From a virus (lineage: Duplodnaviria > Caudoviricetes), in the IMG/VR virus record IMGVR_UViG_3300012921_000054, positions 1-29,194 of that record: a stretch of DNA of 29,194 nucleotides; one strand, written 5' to 3'. Shown here piece after piece: positions 15,259-24,698 of this stretch. The notes beneath the pieces were generated by a model, which worked only from the letters and a program-made list of their open reading frames with translations, was not told the DNA's origin and made no database searches. The stretch's first letter is position 1. Each line of letters opens with the position of its first letter. Both the position numbers and the translations under genes were made by a program.

Positions 15259-16293
15259 ATGATCAACGGAGTCTTCAACAACCCCGCCTTCCGGATGGAG
15301 TCCCTCACGGACTCCATCAACCAGATCCCCTACGTGCCGACGATGGCGCGCTCGCTCGGAATCTTCCAGAACGAGGGGATCGCGACCACGTCCATCGACC
15401 TCGAGTTCGACGCGATCAACGTGATGATCATCCCGTCGACGCAGCGCGGCGCCCCGGAGCCCAACTACCGGACCGGCAAGCGGTCGATGCGGAACCTGAA
15501 GGTGCCGCACTACCCGCTGAACGACACGATCCTCCCGGACGCGATCCAGGACGTCCGCGAGTTCGGCAGCACGGACCAGCTGCAGTCGGCCGTCTCGGTG
15601 GTGAACCGACGCATGCAGGGGATCACCCTCTCGCACGACGCGACGCTGGAGTACCAGTCGATCGGCGCGCTGAAGGGGATCATCTACGACAGCGACGGCA
15701 CCAAGGTGCTGTACAACCTGTTCGACGAGTTCGGCGTGGCGCAGGACTCGGTCGACTTCACGTTCGGCGACGCCAACGCGAACATCCAGCAGAAGTGCAC
15801 CCAGATCCTCCGCCTCATCGAGGCGGGCCTGCAGGTGGGCGTCGCCGGGGTTCGGGTCCAGTGCTTCGCCGGCAACCGGTGGTTCGACGCGTTCGTGGCT
15901 CACCCGCAGGTGCGCGACGCCTACCAGCGATGGATGGACGCGGGCGGCCAGCAGGGCGCGTTCCTTCGCGACGACAACCGGCGCGGCTTCGAGTTCGGGG
16001 GCATCCGCTTCGTGAACTACACCGGCAACGTCGGCGGCGTGAACTACATCCAGCCGGAGGAGGCGCACTTCTTCCCGGTCGGGTTCCCCGGTCTCTTCCG
16101 GACGGTGTTCGCGCCGGCGAACACGATGGCGACGGTGAACACGATCGGCCTGCCGCGCTACGCCTGGAGCGAGCCCATCAAAGGCGGCCGCGGCCTGGAG
16201 CTCTACACCGAGAGCAACCCGCTCTGCTACTGCACGCGCCCCAAGGCGCTGGTGAAGGGCACCTCGGTCGGCAGCTGGCCCACTGGCGTCTAG
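15259..16293 (+). CDS. Major capsid protein, lambda gpE family
   Basis: SLTDSINQIPYVP, QDVREFGS, TLEYQSIGALKG, FEFGGIRF, FAPA, VNTIGLPRYA, ESNPLCYCTRPKAL. Confidence 0.95.
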   Translation: MINGVFNNPAFRMESLTDSINQIPYVPTMARSLGIFQNEGIATTSIDLEFDAINVMIIPSTQRGAPEPNYRTGKRSMRNLKVPHYPLNDTILPDAIQDVREFGSTDQLQSAVSVVNRRMQGITLSHDATLEYQSIGALKGIIYDSDGTKVLYNLFDEFGVAQDSVDFTFGDANANIQQKCTQILRLIEAGLQVGVAGVRVQCFAGNRWFDAFVAHPQVRDAYQRWMDAGGQQGAFLRDDNRRGFEFGGIRFVNYTGNVGGVNYIQPEEAHFFPVGFPGLFRTVFAPANTMATVNTIGLPRYAWSEPIKGGRGLELYTESNPLCYCTRPKALVKGTSVGSWPTGV

Positions 16294-16306
16294 CCCCGCC
16301 GCGATC

Positions 16307-16331
16307 GCCCCGGCCGCAACCCGGCCGGGGC
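16307..16331 (+). terminator. GC-rich hairpin after MCP (no U-tract; stabiliser or weak terminator)
   Basis: GCCCCGGCCG-caacc-CGGCCGGGGC. Confidence 0.5.
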
Positions 16332-16350
16332 CCGACTTGGAGGACAACCC

Positions 16351-16941
16351 ATGACCAGAGAGGAGTACTTGGCGGCCAAGGCCGCGATGCTCGGCTACCC
16401 GCCGCGCCACCCGATCGTCGGCGGGATGCAGCCGACGAGCGTCGCGGAGCTCGACTCCGTCGCCCGGAGCCTAGGCTTCGACCCCGTGCGGACGTCCGCA
16501 CAAGAAGCGGAACCCGCGCTCGTCCCATCGACGCCCGCCCCGACGGTGGCCACGCCATCGCACGAGCAGACGTCTTCGGAGCCTGCGAGCACGACTCCTG
16601 CGATCGACGATTCTCAGGGACCGACGCCGCCGACGGTCACGCTGACCGCAGAGCCGCATAACCCTGCGTCGATGCCACCCCAGTCCGCGACGCCCTCGAG
16701 CGGGAAGACCGAGCTGCCGGCGACGCCAAAGGCGAATGAGCCGAAGGTAGCCGTCACGCCGCCCGCGGCGTCCACGAGTGGCCAGACCCCGCCCGCGAAG
16801 CCCGCGATCCCGGAGAACGTCGGCACGCTCACCTACAACCAGCTGCGCTCGCTCGCGAAGGACCTCGGCGTGAGCCCGGTTCCGAAGGTGCAGGCCGAGC
16901 TGATCGAGTGCATCGAGAAGGCCCGAGAGGGCGCGGTCTAG
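16351..16941 (+). CDS. Pro/Thr-rich protein with C-terminal HeH/Rho-N-like domain
   Basis: GGAGG RBS; long P/T/S/E linker; LTYNQLRSLAKDLGV...QAELIECIE. Confidence 0.7.
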   Translation: MTREEYLAAKAAMLGYPPRHPIVGGMQPTSVAELDSVARSLGFDPVRTSAQEAEPALVPSTPAPTVATPSHEQTSSEPASTTPAIDDSQGPTPPTVTLTAEPHNPASMPPQSATPSSGKTELPATPKANEPKVAVTPPAASTSGQTPPAKPAIPENVGTLTYNQLRSLAKDLGVSPVPKVQAELIECIEKAREGAV

Positions 16942-16945
16942 CGCC

Positions 16946-17281
16946 GTGCTCAACGGGTTCCTCGGCCAGGTGCAGAGGGACTTCGAAGCGATCTGCGCCG
17001 GCGACTTCAGCGAGCTCGCCACGGTGAGCGACGGCACCCAGACGATCGAGATCCGCTGCCTCTTCGACGAGGCGGCGGTCTCCATAGATACCGAGGCGCA
17101 GTCCGTCTCGGTCCATCCCGAGCCGCGGATCACCGTGGCGGAGACGGCGACGGACTTCGACCTTCGCCGCTCGGATCTGCGCGTGACCGTCCGCGGCCGC
17201 GAGTACAAGCCCCTGAAGGGCGATCGACACTACGACGGCCTCGGCCAGCTCGTGATCTATCTCACTCCGGTCGGGCCCTAG
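16946..17281 (+). CDS. Head-tail joining/head closure protein (gpFII-like)
   Basis: DFSELATV...CLFD...VTVRGREY...DGLGQLVIYL; position after capsid. Confidence 0.7.
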   Translation: MLNGFLGQVQRDFEAICAGDFSELATVSDGTQTIEIRCLFDEAAVSIDTEAQSVSVHPEPRITVAETATDFDLRRSDLRVTVRGREYKPLKGDRHYDGLGQLVIYLTPVGP

Positions 17282-17333
17282 CGGCCCGGCCACGAACCCA
17301 CCCACGCCAGGCGCGCGCGCGCCGGAGGAAACC

Positions 17334-17534
17334 ATGACCGCGATCATCAAGCCCGCGCCCGGACGAAAGGTGCGGCAGCCCGATCAGGGCTACTCGGAGC
17401 TCCCGCAGGAGGGGGCGCCGGTGACCTGGGGCCCGTACTGGGAGCGGGCGCTCCTCGAGGGCGACGTCGTTCTCGTGAAGCCCGAGAAGCCCGCCCGCAG
17501 CAAGAGTCCCGCAGGAGAACCCGATGCTGTTTAA
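17334..17534 (+). CDS. DUF2635 / Mu gp38-like protein
   Basis: IKPAPGRKVRQP...LPQEGAPV...YWERALLEGDVV; GGAGG RBS; directly before sheath. Confidence 0.85.
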   Translation: MTAIIKPAPGRKVRQPDQGYSELPQEGAPVTWGPYWERALLEGDVVLVKPEKPARSKSPAGEPDAV

Positions 17535-19068
17535 TCCCCAACCCATGCCGCTCGACGGCTCCTCCCAACCAGGCGCCGGCGCGCCTCTCGCGCAGGTCGC
17601 CTTCACCCAGGTGGCGGGCAACATCCGCACGCCGTTCGTGGCCATCGAGATCGACCCGAGCAACGCCAGCGGTGGCGCGCTTCGGCGCGACCTGCCGGCG
17701 CTGCTGATCGGATCGTACGACAACACGATCGCGTCGGTGGTGGCGAGCACCCCGGTGCAGATCTTCTCGCCGAGCGACGCGGCCGCTCGCTTCGGTGCCG
17801 GCTCGCAGCTGCACGAGATGGCGAGCTACTGGTTCGCCAACAACCCCTCGACGCCGGTGCACGCCGCGCCCGTTCCGGACGCCGGCGGCGCGTCGACGTC
17901 CACGTGGTCGCTCACGTGCACGATCCCCTCCGGCACGATCAAGAACGGCACGCTGGCGCTGTACATCAACGGCGTTCCGTGCCCGGTTGGGATCACCGAG
18001 GGAATGACGGTCACCCAGGTTGCGACCGCGATCGCCGCCGCGGTGAACGGCCTGTACGGCTGCCCCGTCACGGCGACCTCGGCCGTCGGCGTGGTGACCC
18101 TCACCTCGCGCGGCAAGGGCGCATGGACGGCGGGCATCGACGTGCGCCTGAACTACGCGGCCACCGACGCCATGCCGGCGAACCTCGCCGTCGCGGTCGC
18201 CTCGGTGACGACGGGCGCGACCAACCCGAGCCTGACGACGCTGATCGCGAACGTGGTCAACGCGCAGTACTCCTTCTGGGTGCTGCCCTACACCGACACG
18301 ACGAGCGTCGCGGCGGTGACGACGGAGCTCGGCAGGCGCTGGGGCGCGATGGTGCAGACCGAAGGGTTCGCGATCACCGCGCTCCAGGGCAGCATGGGCA
18401 CGCTCTCAGCGTACGGATCCGCGCTGAACTCGCAGATGCTGTGCGTGGTCGGCTACAACAACTCGCCGAGCCCGGCCTACGCCTGGGCCGCCGCGGTGGC
18501 GGGACAGGTAGCGACGTCGGCGGCGAACGACCCCGCGCGGCCGTTCAACACGCTGCCGCTCGTGGGGATCCAGTCGCCGCCGCTGGCCAGCCAGTGGACG
18601 CAGCCGATGGCCAACGCGCTCCTGTACGACGGGATCGCGACGACCTGCGTCGACGCCGGCGGCACGGTCCGGATCCAGCGCCTGATCACCACGTACCAGA
18701 GCGACGTGAACGGAACTCCCACGATCGCGTTCCTCGACCTCAACTCGCCGCTGACGCTCGCCTTCATCCGGGCGGATCTGCGGGCTTACATATCGGGCAA
18801 GTACCCGCGAACGAAGCTCGCCGACGACGGCACGCGCTACGCGCCGGGGCAGCCCATCGTGACGCCCTCCGTGCTCAAGGCGGAGATCGTGGCGCGGGCC
18901 CGGATGTGGGAGGAGCTCGGTCTCGTCGAGGGAGTCGACCGGTTCGCCCGGACGATCACCGTGGTGAGGAATCCCTCCGATCCGACCCGGGTGGACGTGT
19001 TCATGGCGCCCGAGCTGGTGTCGTCGCTGCAGGTCGTCGGGGTGCTGATCCAGTACCTCCTCGGCTAA
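17524..19068 (+). CDS. Contractile tail sheath (Mu gpL-like)
   Basis: NIRTPFVAIEID, FGAGSQLHEM, DPARPFNTLPL, NALLYDGIAT, IQRLITTYQ, KYPRTKLADDGT, RNPSDPTRVD. Confidence 0.96.
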   Translation: MLFNPQPMPLDGSSQPGAGAPLAQVAFTQVAGNIRTPFVAIEIDPSNASGGALRRDLPALLIGSYDNTIASVVASTPVQIFSPSDAAARFGAGSQLHEMASYWFANNPSTPVHAAPVPDAGGASTSTWSLTCTIPSGTIKNGTLALYINGVPCPVGITEGMTVTQVATAIAAAVNGLYGCPVTATSAVGVVTLTSRGKGAWTAGIDVRLNYAATDAMPANLAVAVASVTTGATNPSLTTLIANVVNAQYSFWVLPYTDTTSVAAVTTELGRRWGAMVQTEGFAITALQGSMGTLSAYGSALNSQMLCVVGYNNSPSPAYAWAAAVAGQVATSAANDPARPFNTLPLVGIQSPPLASQWTQPMANALLYDGIATTCVDAGGTVRIQRLITTYQSDVNGTPTIAFLDLNSPLTLAFIRADLRAYISGKYPRTKLADDGTRYAPGQPIVTPSVLKAEIVARARMWEELGLVEGVDRFARTITVVRNPSDPTRVDVFMAPELVSSLQVVGVLIQYLLG

Positions 19069-19075
19069 AGGGAAG

Positions 19076-19109
19076 CGCCCCCGCTCCGGGAAACGCCGGG
19101 GCGGGGGCG
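19076..19109 (+). other. 14-bp GC hairpin between sheath and tube genes
   Basis: CGCCCCCGCTCCGG-gaaacg-CCGGGGCGGGGGCG (one G-T pair); no U-tract. Confidence 0.6.
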
Positions 19110-19131
19110 AGGAGAAACGAACGAGAACGAA

Positions 19132-19497
19132 ATGGCACAAAGAGTAGGCGGAATCATCCGCGTCACGGTCGATGGGACGGAGGTGAGCACCAAGGGCGAG
19201 TTCACCTACAACCTCGGCCTTCCGAAGAACGAAGCCGTCATCGGCGCCGGGTCGGTGCACGGCTACAAGTCGACGCCCCAAGCGTCCTTTGTCGAGGGTG
19301 CGATCACCGACACCAACCAGCTGGACCTCATCGCGATGATGAGCGTCACCAGCTCCACGATCATCCTCGAGCTGGCGAACCGCAAGAGCGTCGTGCTCCG
19401 GCAGGCGTACTGGGCCGGCGATGGCGAGGGAACCACCGGCGAGGGCGAGGTCAAGGTTCGCTGGGAGTCGCCGCACCAGGCGGAGGTCCTCCGATGA
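19132..19497 (+). CDS. Tail tube protein (Mu gpM-like)
   Basis: RVGGIIRVTVDG...VHGYK...FVEGAI...LELANRK...GEVKVRWES. Confidence 0.92.
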   Translation: MAQRVGGIIRVTVDGTEVSTKGEFTYNLGLPKNEAVIGAGSVHGYKSTPQASFVEGAITDTNQLDLIAMMSVTSSTIILELANRKSVVLRQAYWAGDGEGTTGEGEVKVRWESPHQAEVLR

Positions 19498-19901
19498 CGC
19501 TGCCTGCCGGCGAGCGCAGGCTCGAGACGTACGAGGAGGTCCGGGCCGCCTGGGGCGACCTGCTGACGATCCCGCCGGCGGATCCCGAAGGGGCGCAAGT
19601 CGACGGAGAGCCGGGCGGCGTGCTGTTCGCGGGCAATCCGCGCGTGGCCATCACGGAGGGCGCGATCTACGTGAAGCTCCGCAAGCCCGTCAAGGCCGGC
19701 GAGAACGTGGAGCTCACCGACGTGCTGCGGATCACGGAGCCGACCGTGCAGGTGCTGCGTCAGGCCGATCGGCACAAGACCGAGATGGAGAAGGGCATCG
19801 CCCTGCTGGCGGCCATCTGCGGCGTTCCGCACGTGGAGATCGACCGCATGGTGGCGAGCGACTTCGCGCTCTGCGGGGAAGTGCTCGGCGCTTTTTTGTA
19901 G
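19494..19901 (+). CDS. Tail assembly chaperone (Mu gp41/P2 gpE-like)
   Basis: GGAGG RBS, ATGA overlap; LRKPV...LRITEPT...LLAAICGVP..EIDRMVASDF; ends in GCT TTT TTG TAG. Confidence 0.85.
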   Translation: MTLPAGERRLETYEEVRAAWGDLLTIPPADPEGAQVDGEPGGVLFAGNPRVAITEGAIYVKLRKPVKAGENVELTDVLRITEPTVQVLRQADRHKTEMEKGIALLAAICGVPHVEIDRMVASDFALCGEVLGAFL

Positions 19902-20047
19902 TCGACGACTGGGCGGAAGACCGGGCTTCGATTGCCTACGTCTTCCGCTTCCAGCCCTCCGAAATCGACCGGCTTTACCTGCGCGAGTACCTCGAGTGGC
20001 GCGATCAGGTCGGGCCGGTCCTCAAGCGTTTCGACCCGGAGCCCTAA
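19892..20047 (+). CDS. -1 frameshift extension of tail chaperone (P2 gpE'-like)
   Basis: T6G at 19892-19898; -1 frame reads VVDDWAEDRASIAYVFRFQPSEIDRLYLREYLEWRDQ, matching the IAxxFxxxPSExxxxxLxExxxW pattern. Confidence 0.85.
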   Translation, partial: FFVVDDWAEDRASIAYVFRFQPSEIDRLYLREYLEWRDQVGPVLKRFDPEP

Positions 20048-20065
20048 GCGGCCCGAACCCCAAAC

Positions 20066-21955
20066 ATGAGCAAGAAGCAGTTCGCGATCGGCGTAGTCAT
20101 CCAAGCCATCGACCGCGTGACGGCGCCCGTGAAGGGCATCACCGCATCCATGCAGAAGATGAGCGCCTTGGGCCGCGCGACTGAGAAGGCGGCGACCGCG
20201 TCCGCGGGACGGCGCAAGAGGGCTGAGGAGTCGGAGTCCAAGAAGGGCGGGAGGAGCATGGCCGGCGACGCCTGGGCCAAGGTCACGGAAGGGATGGGGC
20301 GCGTGGGCGGCGGGATCGGCAAGCTCGGCGCGATGGTGCCCCAGGTCGCGGCGCTCGCGATCGGCGTCGGCTCCGTGGTCGAAGGGTACAAGCGCGTCAC
20401 CGCCGCCAGCGACGAGGCCCTCGCCGCGGCGCAGAAGCTCGAGCTCGTGATGCTGAAGGTCAAGGGCGCGACGAAGGCGGACGTGCAGGCGGTCATGGAC
20501 CTAAGCGGCGAGCTGCAGAAGTCGACCGCGTACGGCGACGAGATGTACATGGGCGCGGCGTCGGCGCTGTCGACGTTCGGTATGCGCGGCAGGGAGGTCA
20601 AGGCGATGCTCCCGGCCCTCGCGGACTACCTCGCCCTGACGAAGGGGGTGAACGCCACGGAGGAGGACGCCGCGGCGGCCGCGATGCTGATGGGCAAGGC
20701 GTTCTCCGGAAACGCCGGCGCTCTCAAGAAGCAGGGCATCGTGCTGACGAAGGCGCAGGAACAGATCCTGAAGACCGGCACGAGAGCCGAGAAGACGGCC
20801 ATCCTCATCCGCGCGATCGAGAGCCGCGCCGGCGGGCTGGCCAAGAAGCAGGCGACGGGCACTCCGGAAGGGATGCGCAAGCTGTGGGAGAACCAGCTCG
20901 GCGAGATCGAGGAGAAGGCGGGGCTCGCGCTGAAGCCGTTGCGCGAGGGAGCGCTGAGGCTGGCCGGCCAGGCGTTGCCGTACCTCGAGAAGTTCGCGGA
21001 CATGCTGCCGAAGATCTTCGACCGCGGCTGGGACCTGATCCGAAAGGGGTGGGCGTTCGTCACCTCGGCCTTCGGCAAGGGCTTCGCCGGCGCGGACGTC
21101 TCCGGCTTCATGAGCTCCTTCAAGTCACTGGGGGCGACGGTCACCGGGATCTTCCGGCGCATGCAGCCGTTCGTCTCGGAGATGTACACCTGGGCCGGCA
21201 AGCTCGCGAAGGCGCTGGTGAGCTTGTGGGTGAGGGCGCAGCCCGGCATCAAGGCGCTGCTGCGCGGGATCGAGCCGATCGTCGGCGTCTTCCGCAACCT
21301 CATGAACAAGGTGCTCGGTCCGCTGCTGACCTGGCTCGCGGGCACGGTGGCGCCGTTCCTCCTGAACATTCTCGGACCGGCGTTCGAGTGGCTGGGCAAG
21401 AGGGTGGCGAAGTCGCTGAACTGGATCGTCGATCTCTTCGGGGGACTGATCAAGTGGTTCGGCGACGCCGGCTCCGCGGCCGGCCGGTTCTTCCCGAACC
21501 TCTGGACGAAGATGCGGGCGGGCTGGCAGACCTTCAAGTTCGCGATGACGTCCGCGTGGAAGGGGCTGTTCGAGCAGCTCTTCGGTTGGATCGAGACGAA
21601 GTGGAGAGGATTCCTCGACCTGCTCAAGAAGGTGGGCGAGTACCTCGGGTTCACGTCGCCGCAGGAGCAGGCGGCAAATGCCGCTAGGGACGCCGCCGCA
21701 GGAGCGACGGGCGGCGCGACGGGTGGTTCGGGAGGTTTCGTGCCGAGGCCAACCCGGAGGAAGCTCGATCGAATACCGGGCAACCCTAACTGGGATCGCA
21801 ACAAGGGGATCCCCCCGATGAACCCGTTTGGACCGGGGAACGTTGTTCAGCAGGTGGTCCTGGTCGACAAGACCTCAAATGGAGTGAGGGTGAAGGCGTC
21901 ACCCAGGGATCGGCTGGCCGGCGTCTACCTCGGCCAGATGGGCAACGTCCTTTAA
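20066..21955 (+). CDS. Tape measure protein
   Basis: 629 aa; IQAIDRVTAP start, Ala/Gly/Lys-rich helices, periodic W/F repeats in C-terminal half; follows chaperone. Confidence 0.9.
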   Translation: MSKKQFAIGVVIQAIDRVTAPVKGITASMQKMSALGRATEKAATASAGRRKRAEESESKKGGRSMAGDAWAKVTEGMGRVGGGIGKLGAMVPQVAALAIGVGSVVEGYKRVTAASDEALAAAQKLELVMLKVKGATKADVQAVMDLSGELQKSTAYGDEMYMGAASALSTFGMRGREVKAMLPALADYLALTKGVNATEEDAAAAAMLMGKAFSGNAGALKKQGIVLTKAQEQILKTGTRAEKTAILIRAIESRAGGLAKKQATGTPEGMRKLWENQLGEIEEKAGLALKPLREGALRLAGQALPYLEKFADMLPKIFDRGWDLIRKGWAFVTSAFGKGFAGADVSGFMSSFKSLGATVTGIFRRMQPFVSEMYTWAGKLAKALVSLWVRAQPGIKALLRGIEPIVGVFRNLMNKVLGPLLTWLAGTVAPFLLNILGPAFEWLGKRVAKSLNWIVDLFGGLIKWFGDAGSAAGRFFPNLWTKMRAGWQTFKFAMTSAWKGLFEQLFGWIETKWRGFLDLLKKVGEYLGFTSPQEQAANAARDAAAGATGGATGGSGGFVPRPTRRKLDRIPGNPNWDRNKGIPPMNPFGPGNVVQQVVLVDKTSNGVRVKASPRDRLAGVYLGQMGNVL

Positions 21956-21959
21956 GCGC

Positions 21960-22121
21960 TCAGCCGCGCATTCTCTTGTCGCTGACGACGCCCTGCTCGT
22001 CGACCTCTATCCGGATCCGCCTCCCCTCGCCGACGTACTTCGCCAGCACGCCGATCGTGCCGAGGGAGGCGAGCGGTTCCAGGCACTCGAAGGCGACGCG
22101 GTCGAAGGCGACCAAGGGCAT
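21960..22121 (-). CDS. Small antisense ORF (53 aa), moron-like
   Basis: GGAG-ttga-ATG; MPLVAFDRVAFECLEPLASLGTIGVLAKYVGEGRRIRIEVDEQGVVSDKRMRG; fills the TMP-gpN gap; high GC3. Confidence 0.5.
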   Translation of the reverse strand: MPLVAFDRVAFECLEPLASLGTIGVLAKYVGEGRRIRIEVDEQGVVSDKRMRG

Positions 22122-22149
22122 TCAACTCCGCTTACCCAAGGTTTGAACC

Positions 22150-23361
22150 ATGAAAAGCAATCAGCTGCGCGGCACCTTCCGCGGCGTGCCGTTCGGTCTG
22201 TTCGGCCACGCCATGGACTCGGGGCGGCGCGTTGTCACCCACGAATTTCCTTACCGCGACACGCCCTATGCCGAGGACCTCGGCCTGTCCGCGCGATCGT
22301 TCTCGCTGGAGATGTTCGTCGTCGGCGACGACGCGCCCGCTCAGCGGGACGCGCTCCGCAAGGCGCTCGAGCAGCGCGGACCCGGAACGCTGGTCCACCC
22401 CTACCTCGGCACCCTCTCGGTGCAGGTGACGTCGTTCACGCTCAGCGAGGACGTCTCGGCTCAGCGCCTGGCCACGTTCAGCGTCAGCTTCGTTCAACCC
22501 GGTCGACTGGAGTTTCCCGCGGCGCGGGTGAACGCGTACGGCACGGTGTCGGCGGCGTCGACCGCGGCCAGCCTCTACGCGAGTTCGCGCGCCGCGGCGA
22601 TCGACGTTCGCGCGCCGGCCGCGGCCGCGTCGCTGAGGGCGCAGGTCGACGGCGTCGCCGATTCGGTGCGGACGTCCGCACGTCGCGCGGCGCAGCCGAG
22701 CTCGCTGCCCACGGAAGAGGAGCGATCCGCCGCGATCGGCCGGACCAGCTCCTTCTCGCGCGACCTCGGCCGGGCGACGCAGCTGATCGAGTCGGCGGAC
22801 CTCATGTGCTTCTCGCTGACGGACCTGGTCTTCCGCCTTCAGTCTCTCGGCATGACGCCCCTGCGGGCGTTCGACGTCTACCGCCGGCTGCTCACCGACT
22901 TGGGCGTCCTGTTTTCCGCGCTGCGCCACCCGGCCACCGCCGTCGGCGTGGTCATGGCGGCCAACGCGGGGATACTGCGGGACGCGATCCAGACCGCCGC
23001 CATAGGGAGCGCGGCGGTCGCGGCGGTCGACGCCGACTTCCCGACGCTCGGTCGCGCCCTCGAGGTGAGGGCGGAACTCGGCCGAATGTTCGACGCGGCC
23101 ATGGGGGAAGTTCAGGACGACACTCTGTTCGGCTACCTGCAGGACCTGCGCGCGGAGACGCTCACCCAGGTGCCTCCTCCCGGAGCCGACCTTCCGAGCG
23201 TGACCACCGTCCGCACCGCCTCCGCTCTGCCCTCGCTCGCGCTGGCGCACGACCTGGCGGGCGGCGTGAGTGGGGAGGCGAGTCTGCTCGAGCTCAACGC
23301 CGTGCGCAATCCCTGGTTCGTTCCCGGCGCCGCGGGCGATTCCGTGCTGGTGATCCGATGA
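22150..23361 (+). CDS. Mu gpN-like 'DNA circularization' tail/baseplate protein
   Basis: GTFRGVPF, GRRVVTHEFPYRD, EDLG, GPGTLVHPYLG; C-terminal PSLALAH...NAVRNPWFVP. Confidence 0.93.
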   Translation: MKSNQLRGTFRGVPFGLFGHAMDSGRRVVTHEFPYRDTPYAEDLGLSARSFSLEMFVVGDDAPAQRDALRKALEQRGPGTLVHPYLGTLSVQVTSFTLSEDVSAQRLATFSVSFVQPGRLEFPAARVNAYGTVSAASTAASLYASSRAAAIDVRAPAAAASLRAQVDGVADSVRTSARRAAQPSSLPTEEERSAAIGRTSSFSRDLGRATQLIESADLMCFSLTDLVFRLQSLGMTPLRAFDVYRRLLTDLGVLFSALRHPATAVGVVMAANAGILRDAIQTAAIGSAAVAAVDADFPTLGRALEVRAELGRMFDAAMGEVQDDTLFGYLQDLRAETLTQVPPPGADLPSVTTVRTASALPSLALAHDLAGGVSGEASLLELNAVRNPWFVPGAAGDSVLVIR

Positions 23362-24698
23362 TCTACACCGTCAGGCCCGGGGACACGTTGAAGGGAATCG
23401 CGATCCGGCTGCTCGGCAGCGAGGCCGCCGCGGCGACGCTGTTCCAGATCAACCGCGCCCGCATCAAGAGCGGCTCGCCGCTGGCGCTCTCGCCGGGCGA
23501 GACCATCGTGGTCCCGGACCAGATGATCGCCGCATCGAAGCGATCGGCGACGCGCGCCCCGCGCGAATCCACGGAGGTGGCCGTCGAGGTGAACGGCGTC
23601 GAGTACGTCGGGTGGACCACGGTGACCGTCGTGAGCTCGCTCGAGTCGGCGTCGGCGTCGTTCTACCTCGTGGTCACGGACAAGTGGGCGCCCGGCGGGG
23701 AGTCGTGGCCCATCTTCGAGGGCGACCGCGTGCGCGTGTACGTCGGGCCGGACCTGCTCGTCGACGGCTACGTCGACGAGGTCGGCTACGCCCTCGACGG
23801 GTCGACGCACGCGATGAGCGTGGCCGGGCGCGACCGCACGGCGGACCTGATCGACTGCAGCGCCATGAACCGCCCCGGGACGTTCTCCGGCAAGCGCGTC
23901 GAGGAGATCGCGCGCGCGCTCGCCGAGCCCTTTGGGGTGGAGGTGGTGACCGACGTCGACACCGGCCCACCGATCGCGAAGTTCACGCTGCAGCCCGGCG
24001 AGCGCGTGCACGAGGCGATCGCCCGGGCCGCGATCGCGAAGAACCTGATCGTCACCGCGAGTTCCGGCGGCCGGCTCTCCATCACCCGCAGCGGCACGCG
24101 CCGCGCCACCGACGCGATCGTGGAGGGCCGCAACCTCAAGGCCGGCGACGCCACGGCCACGGGCGCCGATCGATTCAGCGAGTACGTCGTGGAGGGCCAG
24201 GCATCGGGCAAGGGCAAGCCGTCGATGCGCGCCACCTACCGGGATCCCGCGGTCAAGCGCTACCGGCCGCTCATGCTCCATAGCGAGCAGAAGGCGACGG
24301 CGGAGTACCTCTCCCATCGAGCCGAGTTCGAGGCGCGGATCCGCGCGGCCCGGGCGCGCAGCGCCTCGGTCGTCGTGACCGGCTGGCGACAGTCCAGCGG
24401 CGAACTGTGGCGCGTGAACCGGATCGTGGCCGTCGAAGCGCCCTCGCTCGGGCTGACCGAGGAGCTGCTCGTCGGGGAGGTCGCGCTGGCGCTCGCCCCG
24501 AACTCGGGACAGACGACGACGATGCGCCTGGTCCGCCCCGACGCGTACGTCAGCGCCACCGAGCTCGACGCGGAGAACGACGCCATGCGGGCGGAGCGCA
24601 AGGCAAAGCGAAAGGCGAAGTCGCGCGGCGTCTCGCAGGCGGAGATCGACAAGGAGCGCCGGGAGCTGCGGGGTCCGATCGGGAGGTTGAAGCTATGA
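23358..24698 (+). CDS. Baseplate hub (Mu gpP/gp44-like) with N-terminal LysM domain
   Basis: ATGA overlap at 23358; YTVRPGDTLKGIA...IN...LSPGETIVVP (LysM); YVGWTTV, DGYVD, GRDRTADLIDCSA, RFSEYVVEGQ, GWRQSSGELW. Confidence 0.9.
   Translation: MIYTVRPGDTLKGIAIRLLGSEAAAATLFQINRARIKSGSPLALSPGETIVVPDQMIAASKRSATRAPRESTEVAVEVNGVEYVGWTTVTVVSSLESASASFYLVVTDKWAPGGESWPIFEGDRVRVYVGPDLLVDGYVDEVGYALDGSTHAMSVAGRDRTADLIDCSAMNRPGTFSGKRVEEIARALAEPFGVEVVTDVDTGPPIAKFTLQPGERVHEAIARAAIAKNLIVTASSGGRLSITRSGTRRATDAIVEGRNLKAGDATATGADRFSEYVVEGQASGKGKPSMRATYRDPAVKRYRPLMLHSEQKATAEYLSHRAEFEARIRAARARSASVVVTGWRQSSGELWRVNRIVAVEAPSLGLTEELLVGEVALALAPNSGQTTTMRLVRPDAYVSATELDAENDAMRAERKAKRKAKSRGVSQAEIDKERRELRGPIGRLKL

Noticed and set aside
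17904-19493. 665-aa ORF upstream extension of the tail chaperone
   Set aside because: Overlaps sheath and tube out of frame; real start is ATG 19494 with GGAGG.
22143-23357. 851-aa version of the baseplate hub ORF
   Set aside because: First 405 codons are a shadow of gpN; LysM begins at ATG 23358.
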